Part shown: positions 20,121-32,890 of the stretch, one piece after another
Numbering within the stretch: position 1 is the stretch's first letter
Layout: every line of letters begins with the position of its first letter
Source of the DNA: Phoronis australis
Taxonomy: Eukaryota; Animalia; Phoronida
DNA: 32,890 bases
Assembly (NCBI GenBank): GCA_002633005.1
Contig: NMRA01001264.1
Span: 1-32,890 of the forward strand
Direction: 5' to 3'
Made by a program: the position numbers and the translations under genes
The notes under the pieces: generated by a model
Database searches by the model: none
The model's input: only the letters and a program-made list of their open reading frames with translations
What the model was told of the DNA's origin: nothing

Positions 20121-23100
20121 TTAACGTGTCTCTGAATTTTTTCTTAAGATAATTTAAAATCTTTCTCGATTTCGTATTATGAACTTGGCTCATGAGTTTC
20201 GTGAAACTATAATTGTGCACATCTTGGTATGAGTCATGCCACCAGCAAAAATTATTGTTGGAACATCTGTCTACACACACATTTTTAGCATAGGAAAAGT
20301 CGTATACGAAAAAGTACAGGACCGGGATTAGGCAACTACCAAATATTCAAGAGCATAAGGAACACCGACGGCCAAGTAAAAACTCAACACTTGAATATCA
20401 GATGATCGCGTGACAGCAGCCTCTCAAGTTGTTTAAGAACGAAGACCGTCACTGTTACGTCCGGGAATAAACAAAAATTCTGTCTCGTTATGAGAATATC
20501 TGGCGAACAATGGTGCTCTCAGCTCATACTCTAATGTTAAAAGCGACAATTAAGTATCACTTTATTAAGCTGAATCACGTTGACTGTTGGGCTACGGCAT
20601 GTCGCAACAACTGAAAAAATGACAAATGTATCAGGAAACAAATCTCCTGAAATTATTTTCACGGAACCAAAATATTATGTGCATCGTGGTGAAAAAAATA
20701 TAAAAAAGCAAAAAAAAAAAGCAGTTCACAGAAAGGCCACATGTGCAATGAGAGTACACAAATAGGCTGGCCTGGTCCGTCGCTAGACCAAAAGTACACT
20801 GTACACCTTTGCTTATTATCCGTATTAAAAGTTGATCTGTCCCGGGACCAAACGGCAATGACTGAAATGAAAAGTTTAACAAAGCACCCTGTGGTGAAAA
20901 ACATCACGAGACTAATTCGCCGAAGGCCGACCAGAAGTAGGCCTACACTGAAAGTCAATATCTACAAATCAAGTTGGCCTGGTCCCTTGCGACACCTAAA
21001 GTGCACTGTACAAAAATCTGAATTGAAAACTTCTCTCTAGACACTTTTAAATACCCAGTGGTTGCTCATGCGTGTATTTTACACATCTGTTGGTTAACTG
21101 CTGCGAGAGGTTGTCTAGGTAGGGTATTCCAACAGTTCTTCTGTAATCAACACTAAACGAAACAAGTACTGAGTACAAATTTAACCACGCACTACGTGAA
21201 ATGGATTTCGGTTATGAAGCAGATAAAGAGCCAAGTAGAAATACAAACCAGAATCAGTTTCTGTGCGCTCGTAGACCCTGTGTTGTACTGGGTAAATTTG
21301 GCATGTCCAAAAATAATTTCTATTTCGTTTTCATTGTACACAACCATCAAAGAAAACCGAAATTATGTACAAACTGTGTACAGTAGAATCATAATTTATT
21401 ACCTGTGTGTTTCTGCAGGAACATTAGTCCAGTGCTTCTGTTGCCTAGACTACCGAGGAATCCGTATATCTGATTCAATGGTTTGCTCGCCTTAGAACCA
21501 TTCTACCCAGACATCTTCGATGTTTGTTCGTCAACTGCTGTGTCAATGAGCTTCTAAGCCTCTACAATGTTGGCATCTTGTTAAGCACTAAGCCCTCTGA
21601 GGTTGCCAAGTCCATTCAAAAGACTTACATGCGCAAATAAATTTGACCCGTTTACCATGGACTACTTCAAACCTAGACGATGTATCCCAGGACTTTGTTT
21701 GCATCTCTTGCAATTTTTGGAATAAACGTCCCAATGTCTGAAGACTTGAAACCCGAAGTTGTAACACCAAATAAACGCCCATGGGCACGGGTGTTTCATT
21801 GGGTGGTCCTTTCGGCGGAAATTACCAAATAGAAGATGGCAATGGTGCTTGTTGCAGGTAGGAAGACGATAGGTAATGAGGTCGCAAGGGTTCCATAGGA
21901 GGCCTACTGAACATCGCGCGAGTCCCGCAAGACTTTGCTGTGAAAGTACAGCCTACCAGCAATTTCTGGTACTGTACACTGTTTGCGAATGCGATCACAT
22001 TGTCAATGTGAGTGCCCTCGGGTACATTCCGTGTATAGACAGAACTTGTTAGGGTGCATCTTGAAACGAACTTGCGACCAGACCACAGCGCCCGCCACAA
22101 CAGCAATTCTTCGCAAACAAGTTGATCGTTTGTTTAAAAAACATTACGTGTACACTGTATGATATTGCGCAAGACAACATTATTAGACACCAGCCATATT
22201 CGAGTTACAAACGTGAGGAGTGTAATAGCATGACACGGCATGACAGATGAGGTAAAAATGTTGCTCGTCAATTGGACTGAATATGAGGGTTGCGACCCCA
22301 CAGTATTTTCCCCAATGAAACCAAAACATATCTTAGAGTAAAGAAGCTAGTTACCTAAAGAAATCAGCTATAGAGCTGCTCTTTCACCGGTGGATCCATC
22401 TAAAATGCTTGGCTACTTCAGAAGTGTCGACGGAAGCCATTCTTTGACTTCACTGGCTATTTGTTTTTTTTTTTCCTTTTGCTGTCACAATTTTAGCAAG
22501 AAGATTCGACACTCACTTTCACCTGCAGCAACAATTTGTTTACCCTGGCTGACACACCACATGGAACAATTCCTGGGTGAGTCTTCAGTTTAGAGCCCTT
22601 TGTTCCCACAGATTTCGTCTAAAAGTAGATGTCTGTATTTGAAAACCTTGGTAGGCTGTACCTTCACGTCGTGAGTAACATGTTCGTTGAAGCTCGCTTC
22701 ACAATAATAACAGTGAACTTGTTTCCGGATATGAAAACAAAATCATCTGTGGAAATATCTATAACTAAGATAGCATTTTTCATGTACGTGTAGTGCTCAT
22801 GGCGATTTACTGGATATATGCTATGCTATTGTTTAGTTTTGATACGAATGTAACACAGAATTGGCGCAAAATGTGATTAATTAATTGCACCACTCTGATT
22901 TTGTAACGTTGTTCACGTTTTTTAAGTAAAAACTAATTATTGTTCTACACACCACGATGCGTTCCCGTTCGCATATCAATGCGCTCTCGATCGCTTGTTT
23001 CAACAGAAAAGTATCGAAAATTCAGAGATCCTGAGAGAACTACGAAAAGCAAGCATTGCTTTACATCTTCAGGCGTCATTTCTTCATAACTTTGAGATAA

Positions 23101-23681
23101 ATTTATTGATATACTGCCAAAATGACCTACAAATCACTTTCGGCTCATGCGATGCCTCGGTCAAAGTAATTTTTCTCCAATAATTGGAAGAGACACTTTC
23201 CTAAACCTCTACCTATCCTTTCTCAATGTGTTACGCCGTGAACTTGTGCCTCTGTTTCTTCACTGAAAGTAGAAACAACGAAAATTCATCAAATTTACTC
23301 CCCTTGTCTGGCTTCTCTACTCTCGCCAAATTTCGTTCTCCATCGCCTTCGGGGCGTTCTCGATCGCGGGTTGGCCGGGGTGAACAGTTTACACAGAAAA
23401 TTCCAGGGTACCTGTTCGACTGACTATTGATCGACAGTTGTAGTTTTAAAATCAAGCCTAATTTCATTTCTTTATTTTAATCTTGTTGTTATTGTTCATC
23501 AAGCGAGACTCTTGAGGTGCGGTTCTATATAGTCAGCGATTTCTCGGTAAATTTAGTCAACAAATCCCACAATTATACAGGCCATTTTTATAAGCATCGA
23601 CCGGTGACTCTGGGTGGATGACCGCAGTAGCCATCGGTTGCATAGATGATATGCTGATTTGACTCACTGTTTCGCGCTTGC

Positions 23682-24480
23682 AAATCAAAATCGTGTTTGA
23701 CATGATATAATGTCAATTAAAAACCACCGATACCAGCATTTCACATAGCAAAACAAAACACTACTTTATCCGGCGATGGCGGCAAATGTACACCGTACTG
23801 CGGAGTGTACCCTGACGCTATTTTAAATTTATTCCGTTTCGCAATATTTCAAAAAAGTAAACTTGTATAGAGTAAGGTAAAAAGTAGTCGGTGCCCTGGT
23901 CAAAGAAAACCTGAGAAAATTTTTCCATTGTGTGTTACAGTCCTCCATGTTACCACTTTTCAGAAGTTTCGTTTAATATTGTTTAGTAAATTTTAAAGTA
24001 TCGGAGTGTTCTTCAAGAAATTTGTTTTCGTAAACTTTCGTTTTGTTGTGGCACAAGTGAACTAATTAGTACTAATTATGATTGCTAACAACTCAGGGAT
24101 TTTTGCTCGCACTGACGCAATCGGGTAGGAAACAGAAGTTTTACTCTTATTGTCTTTCAACCAAACAAGCGCAAAATTTCACAACTTTAAATATTTCAAG
24201 TTACACTTTTCTTTTTAGTTCAGACTTTTTCAATTCCTACAAATTCCAAGAGATCTTTATATGATATTAACTCAACGCCCGCTCTAAAGAATCTATCTAC
24301 GAAATTAAAGGTCTCAAATTTTGTTATATTTAAAGTACTTTTGTGAATTAAATCTATTATTTCAAGGAATATGACAAACAAAACGACAGTGGGTTACAGG
24401 ACTTTCACTAGTATTCAGAATAATAATTATTATATGTTATGTACTTAATTTTCACAATGATATTTCTTAAAATTGTATTT
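23682..24480 (+). repeat. Dispersed repeat family A, copy 2
   Basis: Colinear similarity to 12728-13750 and 28632-29125. Confidence 0.8.
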
Positions 24481-25822
24481 TTATTCCCGGGGATTACTTG
24501 TTAAGTCAGAAATCACTTAACAGACGGACGACTAATTTGTACGTCCGTCACACCCACGAAATTGCAATTTTTCAGTCAATAGAAACAACCTCAGGTCTCA
24601 TATTCACTTTCCAAACTTGCATAAGACACCATTTTTCTGACACGTAAACACCTGAAACAATTAAATATTACAAAATACAGCAATAAAATCAAGTGAAGAA
24701 GTTACTTCGGATTTAAACTAGATGCAATTTCAAAAGTATTTGCTGAAAAGTTTTACTTTACAGTGTCATCTAGAATTCAACTGCTTAAATTAAGACAATT
24801 AAACATTATGAAATGTAAATAAAAGCTTTATTTTAATGAACTTGTTGTTTTTGTCACTGCCCTGGGTTGATAAAGATATCCTTAATTTTTAGAAAATTGC
24901 ACAAGCAAAAAGTGTTCATATAACCGACTTCCTAAGGCGCTCTAGAGTTTAACTAACAAGAGAACTATTGGAATACATGTCAAGTTTTTGTTGCGCTGGT
25001 ATCAACCAGTTATTTCCGCACTGATCCGCTATGTTACGTTTTGTGTTGAAAAAGCTGATGCTGGACATTTTTAAATGGTAGCAACCTTTGACCTACTTTA
25101 TTAAGCATTGGTTTCAACCTTCACTGACAGTAGTCGCTGTTGTGTTTTTCAGTGTCTTCAGTGATTTCGTTATACATGTAGATGGTTACGTTGACAAATT
25201 GTACTTGGTTTTGGAAAAAGAGGTACCTTAATCTCGCAATCTTTTAAGAAAGACTACTTTTCCTACTGAGCGTCAAGGAGATTGAATCAGCCTCATGAAA
25301 CAGAACAGGGACGTCATTAATTAATTTGAACACCTGCCGTCAGGTGTCAGGTAAAAGAACTGTACTTGCTGTTATCAAATGGAACTACTCGGTCTAAACC
25401 GATACAAAATAGGTTAATTTTGGATGGTATTCTCCTTTAAGAAACGAAATAAGGGATTATTAGAGATCAGGGGAACAGCAGATGCAACTGGGAAAGAAAC
25501 AAATATCTGACGAAATGTTCTCTGAAACTCGAAAAAATGCTATTGTGGATAAAGAAATTCATATCTATATCTCCATGATACGGGATGTGATATTATTTAA
25601 CGCCTCTCTTTAAAGATGAACAATCGTAAAATGGAGTTCCAATACTCATTTATCTTTTGTTGTTGCTATTACACCGTTGTTTTTTTTGCATTTAGGTAAC
25701 ATACTTTGTTTTTGAATTGAATAATATTTTTAAACCAGCCAGGTATGAGAAAGGATAATTACCTAGGAATTAAATAATTTATAGTTAGCTTCTGGTATTA
25801 ATATCAAGAACTGAAAAATTGC

Positions 25823-26105
25823 TTTCTAATGATATGCAATGGTTCTAATGCAATTCGGTTGAAAAACGGCGGAGTTGCGAACAGTTTTGACAGTATAGTC
25901 CACAGCAATACACTCACCGGAACATTCTACGCTCACGCATGGGCGGTGCAACTTGAGCGGCCGCGAGATTGGAGTTGGCATTCCAGTGCGTAGGCGTTCC
26001 TCGCTTACCGATCCAACCTGCGCGAGAGTATCGCCTGGAGTTCTCTGGTCTTATAACACGCTTGTTTCTTTGTAAGTTCGTGTGCTGTAACTCCAACCTT
26101 TTAAT
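25823..26105 (+). repeat. Dispersed repeat family B, uninterrupted copy
   Basis: Contains, contiguously, both segments found separately at 1789-1960 and 3587-3713. Confidence 0.75.
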
Positions 26106-28631
26106 CCTATTTCTTTTAGTTTAATTACAGATCTATTACATTTCTATTATCACAAGTTTTATGTATTTAAATACAATGTTCTGTGTCTCAAGACTGACAT
26201 GATTTCTATAGTTGGCATAGCCGATTTTCACGTGTCAACGGATTCAACAAGATATTGTTAGTCCGTTGATGTTATTGTCCAAATGGCGTCATGGATTTTT
26301 GACGCGTACCTGGCACAGAGTTACATGGCTGTCATGAAGTTAATTTCAACATTTGATTATGAATTTCATCAATTTGGAGTGTTAGTCTTGTTACCTGCCT
26401 TTGATCACATTTCACTGACATCTTAAGTGATGAGGGAATGTTCATGAACTTATTATTAATTGATGTTTTGCCGAACACTGCTTTCATTTTTTCCGGGTAA
26501 GTATACGTTGCAGGCGACGGAAGCAAATTTGTGTAAAATTTAAACAAAGTTTAGTATTCATTACAACTCTTCAAGTCACAAGAGTGGCAGATCAATTACA
26601 AATGTTTCGTTTTACTTTTAATGTACATGTATGTTTGTGTCACGGGTTAGCATTAAAAAATAAACAATCAGACCATCGACTGCCGTTAAACCATATATTT
26701 GCTTTTCCCAACAGTACAGACACATTTCACAAACTCCGATTCAAGACTGACTCAAACCACGTGGTCTCCAGAGAACCCCCATGTACATTTGCATATCAAT
26801 GACCACCCAACAAATAGCTTCAAGTAGACGTCACAACGGACATCAGAATATGAATAGTGACTCACGCTAACGGGCAAGAGCCCATCCCGCCACATTTGGA
26901 ACGTTGATAATACAAATGTCTACGAACCACAACTGTTTTCTTTGCCATGCCAGTTGCGAACAAGTACTTGAAAATGTGCATTTTATCAGACAATGGAATA
27001 TGTTATTTATAAGGTCCCTAAACCCGGATATTAACATACTTCCCATACTTCACTCTAAAATAAATAATGCTTTGTGACTCCTCAACCCTTAAAAGGGAAG
27101 AGAAAATTTAAAAACCCCACACTAAGCATCTTCAACTGCTAAGCATTACTAACGCTTTAGGCCATTTACTCGATAATAGTTGGGAAAGAAAACTGTACAA
27201 GAATCATTTGGTGTTTTCTGATGAATCCTGCTTTTTACGTTCAAGTGCGACCCCAATCTTCCATTACTAGGAGACAAAGCATGGTTGGTTATCTCCCCGA
27301 CCATAAAGATATCCGTTTCCGTCGTCTGAATCATTCGACGGATGTTGGTTTACTGTGACAACCTGCATGTTTCAGGTGGAACTCTCATGTTACGGTCCCA
27401 TTCCGGTGTCACACAAGACACTTGCCTATTACTCAATGTTTCACCTTTCTCAAATTTCTAAGATGGACAACTTAATCGAAGTTGAATTTTGAGGACCGTT
27501 TTGTTAGAAACTTGAAAAGCACTCTCTACCTTCCTTTAGGCGAACAGTGAAGCACAGTCTTGTGATACGGCTATTTCAACTTGTCATTCCATGATTCCTA
27601 ACACCCATTGCTGGAAAAGGGTCTGGAATTTATATAATGGAAGCGACTGATTGAATTTCAAAATTATATTTTCATAAATTACATGTCCAAATCCACCATT
27701 TGAAACTATTGCTCATTATGAAATTTTTACTAATGCTCTGCTCACTCTACCCGAAAACTTTACCGATCACTCCAGAAGCCGTGATGAAACTTTGCCGTCC
27801 AGAAGTTGTTTTCTGCTTGGTGCTAATTTTGAGCTGTCTGAAAGAGAAGTGGTATATGAACATTGTTATTTAAACTTTGCCCCAGTTTTGTAAATAAAGC
27901 TGTGTGATTCTTCGTTCATTTTTTGAAATTTACAGTTTAAATCCAAACTCACGACAACCTGTCTATGCGTCGCACTATGTCTTTGGCGTGATTTTCGATC
28001 CCCACGGCACGATATGGAAGACATAATCTGTTTGTATTGCACACAATGTCGTTGCCATGACATCGCTGAAAGAAGCTACAGATTTTGTTCATACTTTGCA
28101 CTGAAGTGTAGGTGGGACATTTCCAAATGCCAGTTGATATTGTTCTGAACATAGATTCTGTCATGCTCTTAAATTATCAATAGTCGAGTTTCGTGAATCA
28201 GTTGTTAGGCTTTAGTTTTTTATATGGTTCGCTGTGACTTCCTTAGGCTCATTTCTTTTTGGTGTGAAACTCAGGTTCATTTCTAATGTCGTGGACCAGG
28301 CTAATGACTTGTTGCTGTTTGTTTATTTGTAATTGATCTCAACTTAAACAAGAGTTGTATAATATTAAAGGGTTTTTTATAGCATATTATGGTACATAGT
28401 TCATTGTTATTTGGACTTATTGTACAGTCTGCACAAGTCATGCTGATGTTTATTGTATCCTTTCATTCGGCAATTATTTGAATAATTCTCATGTTGATAT
28501 GAGTTGATGGAATTTGGTGCTTGAGTAGGATTTATTCTAAAACCATAGTTGTTAAATCATGATCTTTGCATTTTAGCGTGAACAAAACAATAATTTTTTT
28601 ATCCTATTTATTCAGTTGCTAACTGACTGTA

Positions 28632-29265
28632 TTTTTTTCGTAAACTTCCATCTTGTTATGGCACAAGTAGTCCCATCTGCAGAAATTTTTAAAACGCGGA
28701 CTTCTTAGTACTAATTATGAAATCTAACAAGGCATGAATTTTTGCTCGCACTGAAGCAATCGGGTAGGAAACAGAAGTTTATTATTATTTTTTTGAACAA
28801 ATTTTAATCAAGCAAGCGCTTAATCTCACTAGTTTAATTATTTCAAGTTACACATTTGTTTTTACTTCAGTCTTTTTCAATTCCGCCAACTTCCAAGACA
28901 TCTTTATAGGACATTAACTCATCGCCCGCTCTAAAAATTTCATATGCGAAATAAAAGTTCTCAAAATTAATGTTTAAAACACCTTTGTAAATTAAGAAAT
29001 ATATTGTTTCAAGAAATGTGACAAACAAAATTGACAGAGGTTACAGGACTTTAACTACTATCCAAAATTATAATTATTATATATCACGTAAAGTTTCACA
29101 ATGTTGTTTTTTTAAAACTGTATTTCCTTGGTATTCGTTATTTGCAAAAATGATAAATTGATTAAGACACAAAATTAACCGCATACGTCACTGTAATAGA
29201 ACTTGAGTTCCCTTAACAATACAACAAGAAAATTGCGTCGACCAGCGACTCAAGAAAACGCTTAA
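28632..29265 (+). repeat. Dispersed repeat family A, copy 3 (5'-truncated)
   Basis: cgtaaacttccatcttgttatggcacaagt..gctcgcactgaagcaatcgggtaggaaacagaagtttt..gttacaggacttt matches copy 2; the 3' end caagaaaacgctt matches copy 1. Confidence 0.8.
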
Positions 29266-29904
29266 TTCTGAGTTCATATTTCGTTTATCAAACTTTTCGA
29301 TCGCACTTCCCCCGTCGTCACCTGTTTTTACTTATAATACTAAAGTGATGACTTAAGTTTTTCTTAATGTATTCGCAAACAATATTTACCAAATAGCGTA
29401 TGCCGTCCTGACTAACTCCCCTCATTCTACTCTGTAGATTGGCAAATGATGACGTGTTTATTCATGGCAAGGAGTTTTTTAGTCCTTTTCTAAAACGAAA
29501 AGAAAAGAAATAAAAATGAGCATTTGGTTTATAATTATCCATAGCTTGACTGTAAATCGAAATTTTTCATGCAGGCACCCAATCTAAAAATGGGGGCTCG
29601 AATTTTTGAGAATATGGACCTTTACTAAGATTCACAGAGGTACGTTCAGAGCTCTGAATTGTGCATTCGCCAAATTTTGTCAGTTCGTGCCTTTTTAGTG
29701 GAGTTTTGCCTCGTATTTACTTTAGAAGTTTTTGTTCCTCTGAGGCCGACCTTTTTGGCCACTTCATCAAATGGGGGGAGGGGGGCTCGTTTTAGTCCTC
29801 GAGCCCCCCTCCCCTCTGTATGCGCCCATGTTTTTAGTGAAAACCCAGGCGTGATTTCGTGTCCGCTGAACTGACACCCGAGTCCCTTGCCTCAGGCGAA
29901 CAGA

Positions 29905-29970
29905 CATACGCTACCATCTATCGGAGTGTTTGCGAACGTCGTGACGTCATGTTTGTAAACAAAAATGGCG
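29905..29970 (+). promoter_or_regulatory. Proximal promoter / 5' region of the WW-domain gene
   Basis: CpG-rich patch with a perfect CRE TGACGTCA (29942-29949), forkhead-like GTAAACA (29955-29961) and YY1-like AAAATGGCG overlapping the start codon. Confidence 0.5.
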
Positions 29971-30044
29971 ACTGGGCAGGAGTGGTGGAAGTTGCCTGTA
30001 CCTCCTGGGTGGGAGGCGAAATATGACCCAAACCAGCAGCGATA
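29965..30044 (+). CDS. WW-domain protein, coding exon 1 ([26 protein letters not shown] + TA)
   Basis: aaaATGG start, LPxPPGWE WW signature, canonical donor TA|GTAAGT at 30045 (phase 2). Confidence 0.9.
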
Positions 30045-31682
30045 GTAAGTGATTATTTATATTGAAGACTTGTATAAACAATTCATTCATTCAAGTTCGT
30101 ATTTTTGTCCTTTTGTGGTTGACAGTGCTCTTGAAGTGAGCCTTGTAGGCTTGTTGATGTTGGACGTCGTTGGTTGATTGCGAAATCTCCTCTTGACATG
30201 TATTTGACAATAGTGTTTCATGTTTTACTGCGTGTTGGTGCTTGTCTCATTTTTTAAATATGCGCTGTCTCTGCGTTCCCCACTTTCACACTTCCCATGC
30301 TTTTCACTCGCTTTCTTTTGAGAAACTCACTCAAGGTCAAGAATCTAGACACCGGTGACATAAAGTCGTGAATAATAAGCATAATAAGCAGCTGATTGTC
30401 ATACTACCCAATGTCCATTAGCAACTGCTCATGTGATGTCATGGACATATATCAGCCTGCACAAATATACGTGTTTTGACAATCTTGATCCTTGTTTGTC
30501 TCCGTAAGCAGAGTTTTGAAACAGTCAAATTTGAATGAGGCCCTAAAGACGTGACCGTTTCGTTTAGACGGACCACACAAGTCAACTACAGTGCTTGTCA
30601 GTTACTCTAGATGACATAAAAATGCATTGCATTGTTTATTAATTCAGTTTCAATTGAAATAAATTATTATATGTTTTGAACCCAACTTTGATGTGCACAG
30701 ACGTTTTCAATGAGGTTGTTCACGTAAAACACTAAGAACCCAGCATCAATTATATCTCTGTATTTTATCGCTTTGGCCTTACAAAACTTGATCGACCCTG
30801 GAACATTTTGATACATTGTACAAGCTACCCCTGGAGCGCGTGTTTGAGTAAATCTGAATGATGAATATTTTCAAAAATAAATCTCAAAAATATAAGCAGA
30901 CGATCACTGGAAACTTCAACGGCAAATGTCGCGAGACCACGCAGAAGAGGAAATAAGATCTTCACGACTTTAGGGCACTCACGACTTTAAGACCTCTGAT
31001 GGTATCTTGAGACTCACCTCTCAAGGCCATGTTCTGCCTAATTTATAACTGTTTTTACTCTCTTTGTTTTCTTCTGATGCTTTTTCCCACATTTGTGGGA
31101 AGGTGATGCAATATTCCGCGGTGCTGAAAGCTGATGCAAAAGATCGCTCCACAACTTTAGCAGCACAATAATGGCAAAACGCCATTTTTTCCAACACCGG
31201 TAAATAAGTTAGTTTACTCAAGGAAGAGAGGAGTTTTTAATGACACTTATTTTGTGACAGATATTATCTGGTCATTTTTTTACCCACATAGGTGCAAAGC
31301 TTTATATTTCATATATAAACTTTACGCCTAGGCTATCGTGCACCAAGGCCGTGTTCAGTGCTGAAGTTAAACTTCCTTGGAGTGGTAATTAATTTTTCCT
31401 GTTATTGAGAGTAAAGCAACTGGACGGCAGCATGGGTCCCTGCTTTGAAAACAAGCTCCGCCCACTGTATAATGCCCGTTATTCAGTGCTAGTAACTGGT
31501 TTTCAAATCGAGGGACCCACCTATCCGACTACTGGAAGTACTACCTTGGACTGAATGTTAACCTAGTATATTCCTCGTACCTAGGATCTCATCTCCTTAG
31601 ATGGGCTGATGTAAAATCGTAGATGTCTGGTCAAGTGGGAACTTGTCTTATGATTATTATTTAGGCCACCAAACCATTATGT

Positions 31683-31745
31683 CTGACCTTTGACCTCCAA
31701 TGCCTGACATTTGACCTCCAGTACCTGACATTTGACCTGCAGTGC
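31683..31745 (+). repeat. Three copies of a 21-bp unit CTGACMTTTGACCTSCARTRC just before the exon 2 acceptor
   Basis: ctgacctttgacctccaatgc / ctgacatttgacctccagtac / ctgacatttgacctgcagtgc; repeated in the duplicate block at 32818-32880. Confidence 0.9.
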
Positions 31746-31761
31746 CTGTTCACAATTTCAG

Positions 31762-31858
31762 CTTCTATATCAACCACTCGACACGCACAACAACATGGAC
31801 AGACCCAAGACAAGAGTACTACAGCCAGATGGCGCAACAGCAGCAGCACATGCAGCAG
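31762..31858 (+). CDS. WW-domain protein, coding exon 2 (C + [32 protein letters not shown]); the gene continues beyond the window
   Basis: Acceptor tttcag at 31761 and donor CAG|GTATTG at 31859. The phase fits exon 1 (TA+C = Tyr) and completes the WW domain [31 protein letters not shown]. Confidence 0.9.
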
Positions 31859-32890
31859 GTATTGGTGTTATTCCTATTGGACATTGTTGGTCTCCATAGT
31901 AACGAGGCTCTAAATGATTAAGATATATGGTGAAACTGCCCAATAGCCANTTGATACATTGTACAAGCTACCCCTGGAGCGCGTGTTTGAGTAAATCTGA
32001 ATGATGAATATTTTCAAAAATAAATCCCAAAAATATAAGCAGACGATCACTGGAAACTTCAACGGCAAATGTCGCGAGACCACGCAGAAGAGGAAATAAG
32101 ATCTTCACGACTTTAGGGCACTCAAGACCTCTGATGGTATCTTGAGACTCACCTCTCAAGGCCATGTTCTGCCTAATTTATCACTGTTTTTACTCTCTTT
32201 GTTTTCTTCTGATGCTTTTTCCCACATTTGTGGGAAGGTGATGCAATATTCCGCGGTGCTGAAAGCTGATGCAAAAGATCGCTCCACAACTTTAGCAGCA
32301 TAATAATGGCAAAACACCATTTTTTCCAACACCGGTAAATAAGTTAGTTTACTCAAGGAAGAGAGGAGTTTTTAATGACACTTATTTTGTGACAGATATT
32401 ATCTGGTCATTTTTTACCCACATAGGTGCAAAGCTTTATATTTCATATATAAACTTTACGCCTAGGCTATCGTGCAGCAAGGCCGTGTTCAGTGCTGAAG
32501 TTAAACTTCCTTGGAGTGGTAATTGATTTTTCCTGTTATTGAGAGTAAAGCAACTGGACGGCAGCATGGGTCCATGCTTTGAGAACCAGCTCCGCCCATT
32601 GTATAATGCCCGTTATTCAGTGCTAGTAACTGGTTTTCAAATGGAGGGACCCACCTATCCGACTACTGGAAGTACTACCTTGGACTGAATGTTAACCTAG
32701 TATATTCCTCGTACCTAGGAGGGATCTCATCTCCTTAGATGGGCTGATGTAAAATCGTAGATGTCTGGTCAAGTGGGAACTTGTCTTATGATTATTTAGG
32801 CCACCAAACCATTATGTCTGACCTTTGACCTCCAATGCCTGACATTTGACCTCCAGTGCCTGACATTTGACCTGCAGTGCCTGTTCACAA

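Larger units (their letters stand above)
30808..32890 (+). repeat. Near-identical block written twice around the single N at 31950 (30808-31949 and 31951 to window end); probable haplotype overlap
   Basis: 30808-31755 aligns with 31951-32890, with about 12 substitutions and 4 indels (-8, -1, +4, -3; lengths 948 versus 940 are consistent). Confidence 0.93.

Noticed and set aside
20765-21010. Diverged direct repeat of about 40 bp (tggcctggtcc...aaagt(a/g)cactgtaca) inside the 20741-21040 ORF
   Set aside because: Only two diverged copies about 205 bp apart; not CRISPR-like, and no recognisable protein.
21420-22110. Coding-like fragments: minus-strand IPKIARDANKVLGYI (LINE RT C-terminus-like) and plus-strand VQCFCC / DFVCISC (PHD-like)
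   Set aside because: The readings are mutually exclusive, interrupted by stops and each rests on one short motif.
31021-32356. Twin 66-aa minus-strand ORFs (31021-31221, 32156-32356)
   Set aside because: Non-ATG starts, antisense within an intron, and twinned only because of the haplotype overlap.
1-32890. tRNA, rRNA, CRISPR arrays and prokaryotic operons
   Set aside because: None recognised; spliceosomal introns, microsatellites and low coding density indicate animal nuclear DNA.

Overview
AT-rich eukaryotic (animal) genomic DNA from a scaffolded draft assembly, with two long N gaps next to microsatellites and two single-N joins. The repeat landscape and gene style suggest a heterozygous marine invertebrate; this is an inference and no species is claimed. 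Two genes are supported. (1) A TRIM-NHL gene with an intron-free CDS at 9932-12276 (RING, B-box1, B-box2, coiled coil, six-blade NHL propeller). A 367-bp block written twice around the N at 11511 splits it into two ORFs. (2) The first two coding exons of a WW-domain gene (29965-30044, 31762-31858), which the ORF track misses. The rest is decayed mobile DNA (pogo-like transposase fossil, MITEs, dispersed repeats, a possible solo LTR) and a C2H2 zinc-finger pseudogene. The main signal: the two versions of the NHL block differ at 21/367 nt, giving 15 amino-acid changes and only 1 purely synonymous codon change, with 12 of the 15 in loops of the ligand-binding face. An equivalent intronic overlap in the same window (30808-32890) differs by only about 1.3%. 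This points to a hyper-polymorphic intracellular TRIM-NHL recognition protein under diversifying selection. All counts were made by eye and should be recomputed.
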